This document shows positions 1-14,900 of a stretch of 64,000 nucleotides of DNA, one piece after another. The stretch's first letter is position 1; each line of letters opens with the position of its first letter. Source of the stretch: Epiperipatus broadwayi (Eukaryota > Animalia > Onychophora); NCBI GenBank assembly GCA_028023455.1, contig JAQFVV010000010.1:7812001-7876000 (forward strand), written 5' to 3'. A program made the position numbers and the translations under genes. The notes below the pieces were generated by a model that saw only the letters and a list, made by a program, of their open reading frames with translations, made no database searches and had not been told where the DNA came from.

Positions 1-1103
1 ATTTGTAAAAATTATATTCGAATTTGTGTCATCATAATTTAATTTCTTATGGGATGTTTTGCATTGTTCGTACTTATGAAAATATTTTTTCCAATCATTT
101 ATTCACTAAACATGTTTTTTTTTTGTCAGGATTATTTTTCTTAATTAAATTATATTATTTTCATGCTTTTTTTCTTTATTCTCATTCACCAATAAAATTT
201 TCATGGAAAGTTTCCAGTGATTACTTTAACTGAAAATATGTTTTCCAATCAGTATTTATTCAATAAATATATTGTTTTCAGTTTTGTTTTCTAAATAAAT
301 TATATTATTTTAACATTTATTAATATATTATTTTCATGATAAAAAATATCAAACTTATTGATTAGCCATTGCCTAATCAATAATTTCATAAATGAATAAA
401 AAACAATGAACAATTTATAAAAGAGAAGTAATTAGTAGAATGGACTGCTATAATAATTAATTGCAAAATATTTGGTGCAAAATTGAAAAAGATTTAATAT
501 AACTGAGCAAACTGAATACATACACAAATTAATGAGCATTTAATTGATCAATATCTTCATTATACCCTTGTTAATCAATTTTAATATCGCAATACAATTC
601 CTCCTCTTCGTGTACTTTTTGCATGATTTTGTTTTGAATGAACTCAATTAAGGGCAAAACAGAAGACAGAAAAATAATGACTTAAAAAGTGCAATAAAAA
701 AAAAAAAAGAGAAGAAATTGTATTGGTGCATTTAATATTTGATTACTATTAGTAATAATAGTAATAATTCAATTAACTATACAAACCATAATCTGATAAA
801 TTAATTACATCATTTTGTACCTTGAGCTATAAATAACTTATTAGCACAAAAAAATGACATTGACATAAAGCCCATAAAGCTAAGTATCTTTTTCATTTCA
901 GCATAAATAAAAGATTTCTTTTGTATTCAAATTTTATAATTATAAATTTTAAAAGTTATTAGCTTTTTAAACAATTCTTTATATCTATATGTGAGTTGTA
1001 TTAAAACTGGTCAATTATATAAGTCATCATTAGAAACAAATAAAACAGACTTAAATAACTGACTATAGCACAAAAACATAGTGAAAGAGAAGACATTACT
1101 TAC

Positions 1104-1157
1104 CAAGCTTGTTATCGAGTAGAAAAAATGTTCTTGTTTTTCTATCCATTTTAGTAG
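1104..1157 (-). CDS. Candidate first coding exon (MDRKTRTFFLLDNKL...) of a minus-strand gene leaving the window to the left
   Basis: Minus strand: ag|CTACTAAA ATG(1149) then 15 open codons + G, then strong donor GTAAGT (1103-1098). Acceptor has a weak pyrimidine tract; no downstream exon confirmed. Confidence 0.3.
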
Positions 1158-2299
1158 CTAGATACTTAATTATCATTCAACATTAGATAGCTAGATGAAG
1201 TGACTTATCTAAATGAGAAATTTTGCATTTTATTTTTAATCAATTTGCTTTCATGATTGAATCGTATATCATTTTATGGTCTTGGTCTATCTTATTGTGA
1301 TTTACAAATATTGATTTTTTTTTTTTTTCATTTTATGCTAAAATAAAACATTGAAATATGTTTTAGAATATTTTTAGAAAGATCCTTTGTTGAACGTGGT
1401 AAAAATATTGTTAGGATTAGAATACTCAATCTATGGACAGTATATCTTTTCTAATTCTATAATATTAATGGAGATTCAACTTTTAATAAAGTGAACCTAA
1501 TTTTTTTTTTTTAATAATTTGAAAATGATTTTAATAAAATGTTTTTACTGAAGGCAGAGAGCTCCAAGAACTATCATATAAAATATTAATTTATCTAATT
1601 GCAAAAATGATCATTAACACATTTATAAAATAGGATCCACAAGAGTTCATAGTGAACAGAATAGAAAATTACTAAACAATTAGCCAAGATAAAAAAAAAA
1701 ATGAATTTGATAACTTAAATGAATAAAAATATGAAGTAACTATCTGCCTATACTTAAAAAGGTATATTGTATCAATGAAATCAAATACTTTTATTTGAGT
1801 CACAAAAATCAAGGCATTCTGAATGTAATATTATTAATCAATCATACACTCATTTTTAAAGACATCTGTAATTTTATAACTTTAGACTGCTTATGTGTTT
1901 TTATTAGTTTAAAATTATAATTGTCCAATAAATTAATGTTAACATACATCTGCAAGCTATTCACTCATCTGTTATGCAACACAATCATGGATGATGTAAA
2001 AATACATTTGTGCGTAAATTTATATATGTTCACATATATAACGTATTATATATAGTATCAAAAACATATTTATTTAAATATATATATATATCATTTAAAA
2101 AAAAAAAAATCAATAACATTTTATGTTTCGAAAAAATATCGAATTTTGTGATATACTAATTGAAATTTGTATTTATTATATAACAACTGACACGATATAT
2201 TAACAATTTGCATACGTTTGTTTTATTTAAAAGTAGTGGTATTTTTTTACTTTCTATCTTATTTTCATTAATGATAGTATTTTCTCGATGAATTTTAAA

Positions 2300-4900
2300 C
2301 ATCCTCTCTTCATTCATACTCAAGTTTGTTTCATAAAATATGACGTCCATTGATAATTTTTTCCAATTCATTTAAAGAATAGGGGCAAAAAAAAATGAAA
2401 ATATAAAATTTTAGATGTACACTGAAATAATAATTTTATGCAAATAAACTGAGTATTTGTTAACATTTTAAAATGGTTTACGGCTTTCTTTCTTTTTTTT
2501 TTTTTTTAAACTGAGGATAGAAAAAAATTTGCAAGTGCCAACACAGCCATTACAGCTATGTAATTTGTTAAATATACAAGCAAGTTTTACGCGCAGAGTT
2601 GGTCACAAAACAAAGAAAGATAAAAAGATGCAGGACATAATAATGTTTTTATATGAAAAAGCCATTACATATTTTAAATATACATATAACAAATGAATTA
2701 TAAAGATCACATAAAATGGACGCCAATGTAATTTTGCAAATTTCTGAATGAAATGAAAAAGGGACGAAATTTCGACGCATAAAGAAATATATATTTTAAT
2801 AATCGTTATACTATTTTTTTAAAGTGAAATAAATGACAACAAAGAAATATATATAAACTTAAATTTAATAACTTCTGCTATTTAAAATATTATTTCAGTG
2901 GATTCATTTCAGAGGGAGTGGTTAAAATCATCCATTGAAAAGTTTTTGTCGTAATAATGCTGGCAGATCATTTTTCTATGAATGTCGCATATGAATTAAT
3001 AAAATTCATATAATATATTTTTAAAATGTGAACACTTTAAATTGTCAAATCATATATATATATATAAAAGCATTGAACTTATGAAAGTATTATTTTATAA
3101 CTTCATAATGGAAAACCTTAAGTTACTAAATATATATATTAATTTAAAAAAGAAAGTGAGATCAGGAGAAATATTAATTATAACTAATAGAAAAACTATA
3201 ATTACTAACACTAATTTAATAATCATTGAAAGTAATATTTTTATAAAATATAGTGACAGCAACAACGTCCACACAGTAACAATTTAAATCAACAATAAAA
3301 ACAGACATTTTAAAAATTACTTAATTTTTATTTTAAAAATAAAACACAGTAAAGATCTATAATATTATTAATTTTAAAATTCACACATCATTAAAAAAAT
3401 AAGTGAACAAAAATCAATATATTTATTATAAATTATAAAAATTAATCTTAAAACTAATATAATATTAAAAAATTCAATTCATTTTTGAAATTTTATATAT
3501 ATAAAAAAATAATTTAAATTGACATATTTTGTAAAAAAAAAAAAAATCAAAATATTAATTTAAAAAATGCAGAATGTTTAGTAATTTAAATTTTAAAGTG
3601 AATATAAAAACAAAGCACTAGATTTAGAACATGAATGGAAAGCCCAGAATCAGTCACTCCTGTGACCTCAATAAGCCGCAGCCACCATGGTTGCAGTTAA
3701 ATTCAAACAAATTTTAAAGATATTTGCAGAATTTTAATAACTAGATGTTACTTACAACATGAGAAGCACTCTTAATTTTGCAAAAGTAATGTTATCAATT
3801 TAATAAGTAAAATTTAATGAAAAATTTCAGTGATAAAAGTCTAGTCGATCAGCCTATTCCTCCAACGACTCGGAATAGATTTGATCAACTATTTTTAACA
3901 CACTTTTCAACATTAAACATATACTTACTCATTAGAGCTATCTTCCGTCATTTTCCATTTTAAAAATATATTTAAAAATAATGATTATAATAAATCCATT
4001 TCAAATAGGCCTAAATTCTACGAAGCAAACTTATTCAAAGAACTTTTTCTCGACAGGAAATGGCCTGAACGCTTTACATAGTTGTAATTTGATATTCAAA
4101 AAAAATAGTTCAAATACCGCAATAACACTAACACTTCCATTTACAAATACAACAATATTTTTCCTAAATACTATATTTCTTTTTTTGTAAACTTAAATAT
4201 GCTATGTATTAAATAATATTCATTGTTTTATATATTGAAAAATAACGATAAATCTTAAAACACATGTGCGGATGATTAGAGAAAGCAAAATGGCGGTAAA
4301 TTTTCATATTATGATAATGAGTTACACATTCAACCTTAGGAAAAGAATATAAGCGAGACATCATAAAGTCGTTTTTGTCGTCTTTCATGATATTTTTGTC
4401 AAAATATTGTTTTTATTTGTAATATGCTAATCATATTCTGTAAAAAAAATGTAAAAATATAAAGGCTGGTTAACAAATTATTAAGAATTTTCCAATTAAT
4501 GATTTTACATTGATATTTCTCATGTAAATTATCCCACACATACATAACCAATCATAAAGCAGCTTTAATCACGTGACAACATGTATTGCAAGTATTTACT
4601 GCGTCACAAAGAACTTTCTATGACAACCATAATCAGATCGTGACGTCAATATCTTTCTAATTTTAGATGTACTTCATTCACTACTATTTGAGCGAAAGAA
4701 CCTTCTTCATTCATTATATTGTGTGTACATCGAATTTGTGTTATTACTGTATTTAAACATTTGGATATGTTTTTAATAACTTCTATATTATTTTATTTAG
4801 TGAAGTAAACTTTTCTTCGTTAATATTATTTGGTTTGTAAATTGAACTTTATCAGCGACATCAGGGGCCGGTAAAATAATTATTATTTTTTTAATATTTT
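2300..4900. promoter_or_regulatory. Putative bidirectional promoter region
   Basis: Visibly more CpG than flanks. YY1-like AAAATGGCGG 4287-4296, E-box TCACGTGAC 4569-4577, TGCGTCAC 4600-4607, CRE TGACGTCA 4641-4648. Donor-like sites point outward on both strands (minus 3928; plus GGGGCCG|GTAAAA about 4872). Confidence 0.45.
3929..3951 (-). CDS. Candidate short ATG-containing exon end (MTEDSSN...), possibly a uORF
   Basis: Minus strand ATG ACG GAA GAT AGC TCT AAT GA|GTAAGTAT, perfect donor. If spliced to 1157 it reads MTEDSSNDY* upstream of the 1149 ATG. Confidence 0.3.
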
Positions 4901-6331
4901 GAAATTTTATAAAAACCTATATTGATCTGGTAATCTCTTTTAATCATGTCTGTATGCACATCCTGAATAATGGCTTTTTGGGATTATTTCATAAATAGAT
5001 ATTTAAAATTACTTTCTAACCTTTTTTATTTTTATTGAATGATTGTCTTTGCTAGAATGGGTACATAATTTTCATGGAATTATGGGATTCAGTTTCTGTG
5101 CCATTCATAAGAACTTGTTGCAGATTACGTCATTGAACTATTTATCTTAAGGTGTAATAAATAATACGTTAAATTTTATAAAAGAAATTTAACATTTCAT
5201 ATATTTACAAAATTCATGTATCTCCCCACCCATATGACTTCGCTTCAATAATTTCTGAAGATTTATTCTTTGTAAAAATAAAAAAAAGGTGAAATTTATA
5301 ATTAAAAATATTAGCATGTAATGCTTATATTAACACCCGCAAATTCTATTTTATGATTGTCAAAATTCAAACATAGTTTATATGTATTTAATAGGTATTA
5401 AAATAAGTTATTGATTTATGATTGAGATAGACTCATATATAGTGTTGTTGTTTTTTAATGTTTAATCATAATCAGTAGGGGTGCATATGTTTGTAATCCA
5501 AATATATTGATAATTTTTAAGAGATAAACATTCATGTGTTTGTATAACAAACATTCTAATGATTAGTTTGTAACCAGCAGTACTTTATGTTCTATATATA
5601 GTATGTTTGATAGCACCAACAGTAATATCACATGATTCTTGCCAAATTTGCTAATATTAATTATAGAGGCACAACAATTGATGTCGATTTGAGTGACCAT
5701 ATGGATAGTCATGACTTCAAAATGTGCTTTTTTGTGTTTATTTTTGAAAATTTTCTAAAACATTTTCTGCTTTTGCTTTTCATCTTCTGCAGATAATCTA
5801 TTTTGAGTGAATTGAATCTTAATAAATGTTCAAAATGTATTATTATTTTTTGCATTGCACTTTCCTTTTTGCACCTTTTATTTTTAATAATGTCTTTTAT
5901 ATAGCTTTGATTATTAGCAGTCTTTTCAAAGTTTTTAAAGACTCTTTTTGTGTTTAAAAACTTGAAAGATGAGGGCTAAAACAATTAAAATTGTATCTAA
6001 AGCATTATTTAAAAAGTGCAAAAACAGAGTACAATATTTTATTTATATCTAAAACTCTTTATTATCACAATTCAAAATATTTTTTTTAAAATACATATGT
6101 TTATATGTAATGTATATTTTGAAAAGAAAAAAAGGATGGAGTGGTGATTAGAGGGTTTTAAACAGAAGCAAATGGATTTTTTTTAAACATACAATTCTTA
6201 TTATAAATTGTTTTTCTCTTTAAAAATGAGAAAAGAGACTGATATTATCTACCAGAACAATGCTTTTAATACTACATTAAATATAATTAGAAGGTACTTT
6301 AATTCAGACTTTCAACCTCTCTACAACTATG

Positions 6332-6529
6332 TACAATTGGTACACATGACCACATACATGTGAAAAAGGTAAATGACATCTAATATACGTATTTTGTGCT
6401 GAACCAACACTTATCAGTTGGCCCAGATCATCTCCCACACACATATACACGATGCTGGTTCAGCACAAAATACGAATGTTAGAGATCATTTATCTTTTTC
6501 ACATGTATGTGGTCATATGTATCAGTGTA
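6332..6529. repeat. Fold-back element, ~80-bp imperfect arms, ~40-nt loop
   Basis: Left CACATGACCACATACATGTGAAAAAGG...TTTTGTGCTGAACCA is the reverse complement of right TGGTTCAGCACAAAA...CTTTTTCACATGTATGTGGTCATATG. Related to 31613-31743. Confidence 0.85.
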
Positions 6530-6868
6530 TATGATGGAGTGCATAGCTTTAGCGATTTTGAAAGTCTTCATTCAAGTTCCTTTTAATTACATTAAATCAT
6601 TATTACATTAAGTTTAGTATAGACAATATACTTATATTTGAATATTACATTAAATGTACATTATAGTTGGAATTACTGTTTTTTATTTAAATTGTTAGGA
6701 GCTATTTTAAGCATCTTTCCTTTTTTTTTTATTTTTTATTGAAACACTACACAGAATGAATGTATTATGTCAATCATAATAAATATCAAGGAAAATACTA
6801 AAATATTATCAAAAATAAATAATCATATAGACATTTGTTGCTGATCACATGATGTTCATAATACAATA

Positions 6869-7753
6869 CACCTGGGTCTCGTTTTATGCGGTAGATAGGT
6901 TCCTCAGAAAACGTGCACAAAAATAAATGTAACTTACCTTGAAAAATGGGGAATATGTTCCAGTAATTTTCAGAAGTCGCATAAAAGCAAAGCAACAAGG
7001 AAAAATTACTTTAAAATTTGCATTAAAAAAATAAGGAAATAAATTATGACTAATAAAAAATTTCAAATATTTGAAAAAAAATTAATACAAACAAACTTTT
7101 TTTATTAACTACAGTATTTAATTTTACATTTTTTCATACATATTTTAATCATTACCGCTGTTTGACAATATGCATTCGTTTGTGAACTAGTGAGAAATCA
7201 GAAGCGTGATGTGATGTACAACTAGCACCACTTTTAGTCTTGAGCTGTGTTAATGGTTTTCTGTTTTTATATTAAAAAAAATGAGATCGCAATCAAAACA
7301 AAAAAATTATACATCATCAGTGGAAAGATTATTTTCAGTTTATAAAATCAATAAAATCTTCGTTATTATTTATTTTAAAAATCTAAAAAAATATTTCTGT
7401 TAATATCTAACAAAGTACGTTTTAAAAGTTTAAATTTTTTGAATATTTATTGTGATATTTTTATACGTACGTATAAATCTATTTTTATTATTTACTCATT
7501 AGTATAAGTAGGTTATTTACATAGAAGCTAAGATTCTAAATACATCTTCAGGCCATATTCACGTTAGCTGCTAATATAAGGTTATATTTTTGAAAAAAAA
7601 AAAAAAGTATTTCAAGTCAAAATAAGTTATTAATAATTTAAATTTCTTGATATCTAATAAATATAGTGAAATATGAAAGATATTAAGAAGAAACATGAAT
7701 CGCATAACTTCAAAATCGCTTTAAAATAATCCGCATAAAACGAGACCCAGGTG
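6869..7753. mobile_element. Non-autonomous Tc1/mariner-pogo (Tigger-like) TIR element
   Basis: Perfect 23-bp TIRs CACCTGGGTCTCGTTTTATGCGG (6869-6891) and CCGCATAAAACGAGACCCAGGTG (7731-7753), TA on both sides, no transposase ORF. Confidence 0.8.
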
Positions 7754-10700
7754 TAGTTTTCTTTAAGTGAGCAAACAGATTTTATATACATTTATCTGGG
7801 AATCAATTCAGAAATTTACTTCTTGAAGTCATTGCTGTGCTACATAAGTAATGCAAAAAATATATATATTTAGATGACAAAAATTGATTACTTTCAAAAG
7901 ATTGAATATTATAAGGATTGGGGGGGGGGGGGGAGGTAAATTCAACAATCTGACAGTATATTAGAAAACAAGTTTCTTAATTACTGTTAAAAGCAGGAGG
8001 AGTTAATAAGTTTAGAAAAGCACAATATGTATAGAAAAAAAGAAAGCTTGGTTTCAGAATAATGAAAATGGTTGAAATGAAAAAGAAAACCATGGATTAT
8101 TTGTTAACTAAATTGTTCAATTTGAAATGGTATCTAAAAAGTTAAGAAAGTATTGTGGGAGAATGAACCAAATTCAAGAGAATTAATAGAATGTTAAATT
8201 CAAGCCTTAATTCTTAATAAAACATTAAGTTTCTGAGAAGTAATTTTGATTGTAAAGAAAGTATAATTATAACTAGAAAAATTATGTACGGCCTTTTGAA
8301 GATTTTGCTATTAAAAATTTTTTAGATATTAGGATTAACTTCTTGAAATGATATAAAATATGTTTTTTAGACAGATTAATATTTCCCTATTGAATAATTT
8401 TATATAGATTGGCATTATTTTATAAAGACGGTAAAGTTTTTGGCTAAATAAGATAAATGAAGATTGATGCTTTTAGAATGCAAAGTGATATCAGCAAAAC
8501 TATAAATTTTGTTAGTAATAATAATTTATATGAAAAAGTAATGGAAGTGGTAATAATCAATCAAATATCATTTGACTCTATCACATAACTTTAGCTTACA
8601 TATTGCTATTAAATTAGAACTCTGCGGAACCTCAACAATCATAGAAAAGTCATTCTAATTTAAAAGGATTGATATGAAATAAATAAATATTCATTTGCAG
8701 ATTTCAGTTGAAAAACTAAATGAGGTTAAAAAGTTATAAGTGTCCTCTGACAAATTAATCAAAAGTCTTGGAAAAATCCACATTAAGGTTTCTTAAATTT
8801 GTCAATAAATGAATTCCATAGATTATCACTTGTAAATCAGGCATCTCTAAAATAAAAGTTGTAATATGGCGGAGGCTAATGGGAGTCCCTCGTATAATGT
8901 CATTAATCTTTTCGAAGATTACAGATTGAGATAATGATTTATATGAATTTATTTAAAAGAATACGAGGATAATAGAGACTTAGAAGGGATGAATTTGGGA
9001 GGGGCGAGTAAGCAATTTTCCAACACATGGAGAAAAATTCAATCTATTGATCTTAATTGCTGTTTATCATTCCTTTATAATGAATATGATTTTGAAAATT
9101 TTAACTTCCAGTCAATGTTAAACATCCTCATTACTAAATCAATAATTTTCCCCACAGATCTTTCTTCTAATTAGGTGATTAAAGTCAGTCTGAAAAAGTT
9201 TGTAAAAATTAAATCTGTTTTACAACTTGATTTTTTTTTTTTTTTATTAATTACCTCCTTTTTTTTTTTTTATCATTAAAATGCTTTATGATAAATAACA
9301 AATCTTTTTTCTTCAAAAAATCTCAATTTTAATGTTTTAAATGAATAGTTGAATAATATATCAGATATTAAAAATTTGTGAAAAATATCAAAAAAGAGAA
9401 ATAATTTAAAACATTGCTAGTATGTTTCTGCTTCAAGTGCTACAGATTTCTCATTGAAACTTAAACTGTCTCTTCTGGTGCTGGAACGTCATATGACATC
9501 CCAGTCTAACTACCAATCAATTCTTTTATTATTTAAAAACATTTTGTTGTCAGGATATAAACCATGAAAATGCTCTGATCAGTTTAATGCAGTAGTGGGA
9601 ATTCCCAAATGAGAAAAATAATGTTTGCTTAGTCAAATGAAGACAATGGTTATGCTCAACCTGCCAAATTTTACATGATTTTAGCATCTGTCCATACATA
9701 TGTTTTAACTGAAAATATAACAAACTAATAAGAATATTCACTATTCTCAGATTTTAAAGAAATTTGAAAATTGTCTCATTTTCTTTCATAATTACTATTG
9801 CTTTTTAAATCAAGATCAAAATATAATTTTCTCTCTCCCATTGGTGTTGTTTTTTTAATTATGATAATTGCTACTAAAAATTATTTGTTCTTAAAATTAA
9901 TTTTATCATTAAATGCATATTTTAGAATTTTAAAAAAATAGCAATAAAGAAAACCTTTCTCTGCGTAATGATTAAGAAACTTGCTTATTTATTCCATCTC
10001 AAATAAGATATTTTCTATTGATACAAAATATCTCCTTATGTTCATTTTAAAATTACTCTAGTGTTCATAAATTATTTTTGGTATGAACTCTGTTTTTGGG
10101 TTTTTTTTTAAATCTATTTATTCACCCACCCCCCCTCATTCTTTATATACTTCTGTGATTTTTCTATTTTTGTGTTTTTAAATTCATAATCAATGTTTAA
10201 CATTAGACAAAATACACGAGTATAGTCAAGGCTAGCAAATGTATTCCGAAATAATTTTTATCTTTCATTTATTTCTTTTATTATAGCATTTATGTCATTA
10301 CAAAATAGTGAATTATAAACAGTAAATAATTATCAGCACCTTTTTTAAAACTAAAATTTTTATTTTTTAAAATTTGTATTTAAAAAAAATTAAGAATGAA
10401 TAAATGAAGTAAATTTTGAAGTAATTTAGCATAAATCTAATAGTGAGGAGATTTTTTATTATGAACATATGCTTAGTCGGTTTTCTTAAATTCTATTGAG
10501 AATGTTATCTTTATTTAGTGATTTCTTTTTCTTCATGAATGATGTCATACACTTATATACTTTCATATATGTGTATATACATGTATAGGAGGCTTATTTT
10601 CATCATGATAGAAAAGTTTACTTGGCAAATATAAGAAAAATTCTTAATATCATTATATATATATAAATTTGTAATAGTTTTAAGATTAAAATAAAAACTC

Positions 10701-11439
10701 TAATAATTTTAGAATGGATATTTAAATTGTTTTTGTTGGTTTTAAAATTATCAGTCATCAAATCTGTTATTTTGCCTCCAAAGTCTCAAAATTCCTAATT
10801 AATATGATTATTAGTTTACTATGAAATTAATTGTTTCCCTCATACATAAATATGTTTATTTTTAGAGATCTGTTATACATTTTTTTAAAAACTTTGAAGT
10901 TCAGAACCACAAATAAAAATATAATTTATAAATGTACTTTGTTTTACTTGTTTTAGGATAAAGAGAAGACATTTATATAATGATTTTTTATTAAACAAAA
11001 TTGTCAATTAAATAATTTAATCAATATCTTATTATCTTCTATATATATATGTTAAAAGTTGTGTCCTGAAAATAATTTTAATAACTGATTGATTATTAAA
11101 TAATGAAAGTTAGTGGAATTGTTTTGTAAAATATTTAAAAATAAATAAATGAGAATGAGAAAAGTAATTTCTAATAGAATTGCATGAATATCACAGCAGC
11201 CTGCCATTATAAAATTCAGGAGTTATTTGACCCCTTGAGTAAACTGATCTTACTATAAAGAAAACATTGAACTTTTTATTATTTTGAACCTATAACTCTT
11301 TATACCAATTTTAAAAAATTATTAGTAATATATTAATTAAAAGTTTTTTTTTATTATAAGAAAACTGTATTAAAAAGAACTTAGCTGCATTTAATATTAG
11401 CAGATGTCAACTATTAGTAATCATAAGAATGACCCTGTT

Positions 11440-11900
11440 TAGAAAAATTTATCTTCAAGCTTTTCAAATGGTTGATTCATTCTTGTGGTGATGCCAATCC
11501 ATCTCATTGCTAATGTCCTCTTCTTTTATCATCAGCCATTCTAGTTAAAATTTAGATCTATTACAATCACTTTATCATAGTATTCTATTGCTTTATTTCC
11601 TGTGTTCAAGTGAAGAGCTTAATACATATATATCTTGAACACATTTGAACTTTGTTGTTAAAGATATGTTCTTATATATGAAAATCTTTCCTAGTTTTTT
11701 TATTATAATTCTGTTCACTATCAATTTGTGATGAATCTTATAACTTCTTTGGTCTTTGTGGCAAAAAAATTAGATTCTTTACCATGTCCCAGTTATGATC
11801 TTTCTCTTTTCTATATTTACTATAATTCTATCTTTTCATTGTTTTTTTTAAACTTTTCTAGTAAGTATTTTCAAGTCTTCTCTAGGTATAGGATCTTCAT
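11440..11900 (-). mobile_element. Decayed RTE (BovB-like) LINE 3' fragment
   Basis: Broken minus-strand translation resembles the RTE C-terminus (KRRG...MRW.GIT..MNQPFEKL; KN.SLTTK). Boundaries approximate. Confidence 0.5.
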
Positions 11901-14900
11901 GCAGTTGCAAAATTATTAATGTTTCTTCTGATAATATTGAACATATATTTGGTTTCCTTTATTATTCTGTGTGCAAGTTGATTGTGCACGGTAATAAAGT
12001 TTTACATTAATTTTGTTTTAAATTGCAGGATTGGATGATTCTTTTTTGTAAACATGTTACACATGAATTGGAATATTATTTTGATATTTGAATATGATTT
12101 TACTGCAAGACTTCTTATTTTTAAATGCTTTGGCTTAAAATGCAATATTTTTGGAATATAATTTTTGCTCAAGTAATACAAATGTAACTTTTCAAAAAAT
12201 CCATTCTTGTAGCTTAAAGAGAAAATTTTAAAATAAATATATTTTAATAATCTGATTTGAAAGAAAAAAAATGTATTAATAAAAGAGGCAAATTTGAATG
12301 AATATCAACATTATTTTTGTGATGCCTTTTATTTTACATTTATAATGTTATGTAAATATCAATAGTTCTGAAATGATTAATATTGACAACATAGAAATCT
12401 TTTAAAAAAAAAAAAAAGGGTGAATATGTAAAAAGTTAATCCAGATGCAAATATATATTGCTTCTTTTCTTTCATATTGAACTGCACATGAACTCAAAGC
12501 TAAGGTTTTATGATTGATTCTAAGCTGAGTAATATAAATAAAAAAATCTCAGTTAATTTAATTAAACTGTTGCTCAAATAAGCTTCATTATTTGAACATT
12601 GTATGACCTCCCAAGCAACAAGTTATATTATTTTTTATTAAAACATTATTTAAGATTTTGGGATGTTGTTTGGCAAAAGTATTAGTTATATAAATAAGTC
12701 AAATAGTATTGATTTTATTGAAATATTGATCTAGTATTCAAAAACTGATTGATACCATAAAAACAAAAATTACATTTATTAATTTTGAAAAATCAAGTAT
12801 TACATAAAGAAACATTAGGTTAAAAAAATGTTTAATCATACAACTAAAAATAAAAAGCTTAAAGTAAAATGACAGAAGTGAAGAATATAAATTTTGAGAA
12901 AATTAAGTGGTAATTACATTTAGAAACACAAGTAGTAAAGAAAACTTCATAATATTTATGATCCTGATATTTATAGAAAAAGCATATATTAATAAACTGA
13001 ATGAAATACAAGAGACGTAAGGATAGAAATAATTTTTAGATCTTTGATTAATTACAATAAATCACATAGTATATGATAAAACAAGCTCAACTTTACTCCA
13101 ATACCTTCTAATATAAATTTTAGTAATCAGTGATTATCAGATATCTTATTGATTTTAAATTCAATTCTTAGACTAATTTCTGCCCTTTGCCTTTATCCAG
13201 AAACCATCTTTAACTCCATTTTACCATACAGTTTAACAGTCTGAAGAAATACTGTTCAAGCAGGTTGACTTGGATTCAAAAATTTTAGGATAGTTTGAAT
13301 TTCATGTTATTAGCTTAAATAGTAAAAATACTTAAAAATCATTGCTGGATATATAACTACAGTACTCCATCTTTGAATTTCCAAGTCTGGTAATCACTGA
13401 TTCCTCAAGCTTACAGTATTTAATAGAAAACAAATTGTGTTATATATTATATAAAAGTACTGATGTTTATATATTGTAATTTTATTTGTTAACATAAAAC
13501 AAGTAGTAAAAAGTTATTATAATCCAAGTGTTAACATTTGATTATCCACAATAGGTTGTTTTCTTATCTCAATAATTTATGACTATATAAATTGTTATCA
13601 TCAATAAAAGAAATGCAATGGAACAATGAACTATGCTACATTTTGTCCAAGATAACAGTATGTTTTGTTGATAAACATTGATTATATTAGAATATATATT
13701 GTTTACTGAACTGCAAGTATACAATATTTTTCAATATGCACTTATGTTCATAAGAGATGCTTTTTTATATCTATAGTATGCTAATATAAATTAAGATTAT
13801 TATATAAATAAAATTTTAAAAAATAATAATAAATCTAAGGAACAGACACATTTACATATATTTTACCGAATGTGTGTTCACTCATGCATTCACTGAAGCA
13901 ATAAGAATAAAAAAAAAAACCTCATATTTTTTATTTTTAAAATAAATAGTGAAATGTCTGGATTTCATTGCTATTAAATATGAATTAGGCATTTTTTTTT
14001 TTTCAATAATTTTTGCTCCTATAGAACATAATAGTAGTCTTGTCAATAAATTGGGATTTCTTTAATTAGTTAGATGTTTTTAAATCAGTAACAACTTTTA
14101 GTGTTCTAAAATTTTGCAAAACTTTTAGCATTATGCTCAGAAAATATTATGCAAAATACTTCACGTCAAATTCAGAAAGAATAATAAAGGAAGAATAAAA
14201 TGTATGTGCTTTCAATATAAAGCAAAGAAATTTTATTAATATATATATATAATTGCATGTAGCACTCTGAAACCAAAAAATAATTTCTAACATATTGTAA
14301 AATTTTATTTTACAAATTATTATTTTTTTTTTAAATGGATACTCGGAGAAAGAAAACTGATGAATTTTTTTTTTTTTTGTTTATTTACATTTTGTTTGTT
14401 TACATTTTTCTTTGGATAGATTTATAATTGAAGTCTTGTAGTTAGATATAGTATAGTTCACAGCTAGAGTATATGATCATGCTATCAAAAGGTATTTGGC
14501 TATGAATATATTGAGCAGAATATTTTTGAAGTTAAATATCAAAAATTAGATTTTACTGTTTAAAGAGAAAGAAGATTGACTATAAAAGAATTAAATTTAA
14601 TTATGTCATTGAATAACTCGTAAGAAATCCAGTATTCTTTGGTTTGCTAAGTATAAGCAAGCATTAATAATTAAATATTTGAAATTATTCTGAACTGCCA
14701 TCTCAAAGCCAGATTGGCTAGTTATGTGCTAAAAGATTCATGAATTGGTTTTTCTCCAAGGAAAATGAAAAAGAAGTTTCAGCCTGAAACATATGTCCAG
14801 CCTTCCATTTGAGGAATTGAATATTTAATATATAAATCATGTTTTAAATTTTTAGATTGCTATTGAATAATAGAAAAAAGCTGATTCTTCTTTTTCTCAT

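Noticed and set aside
24-3287. Short ORFs 24-233, 2156-2371, 3042-3287 and similar 60-120-aa ORFs across the window
   Set aside because: F/I/K/N/L-rich translations expected from AT-rich DNA; no splice context or recognisable motifs.
5480-6000. Possible decayed transposase on the minus strand
   Set aside because: Many stops and no diagnostic motif recognised.
7900-9200. Possible CR1/L2-like endonuclease remnant
   Set aside because: Only vague resemblance; could not align any motif with confidence.
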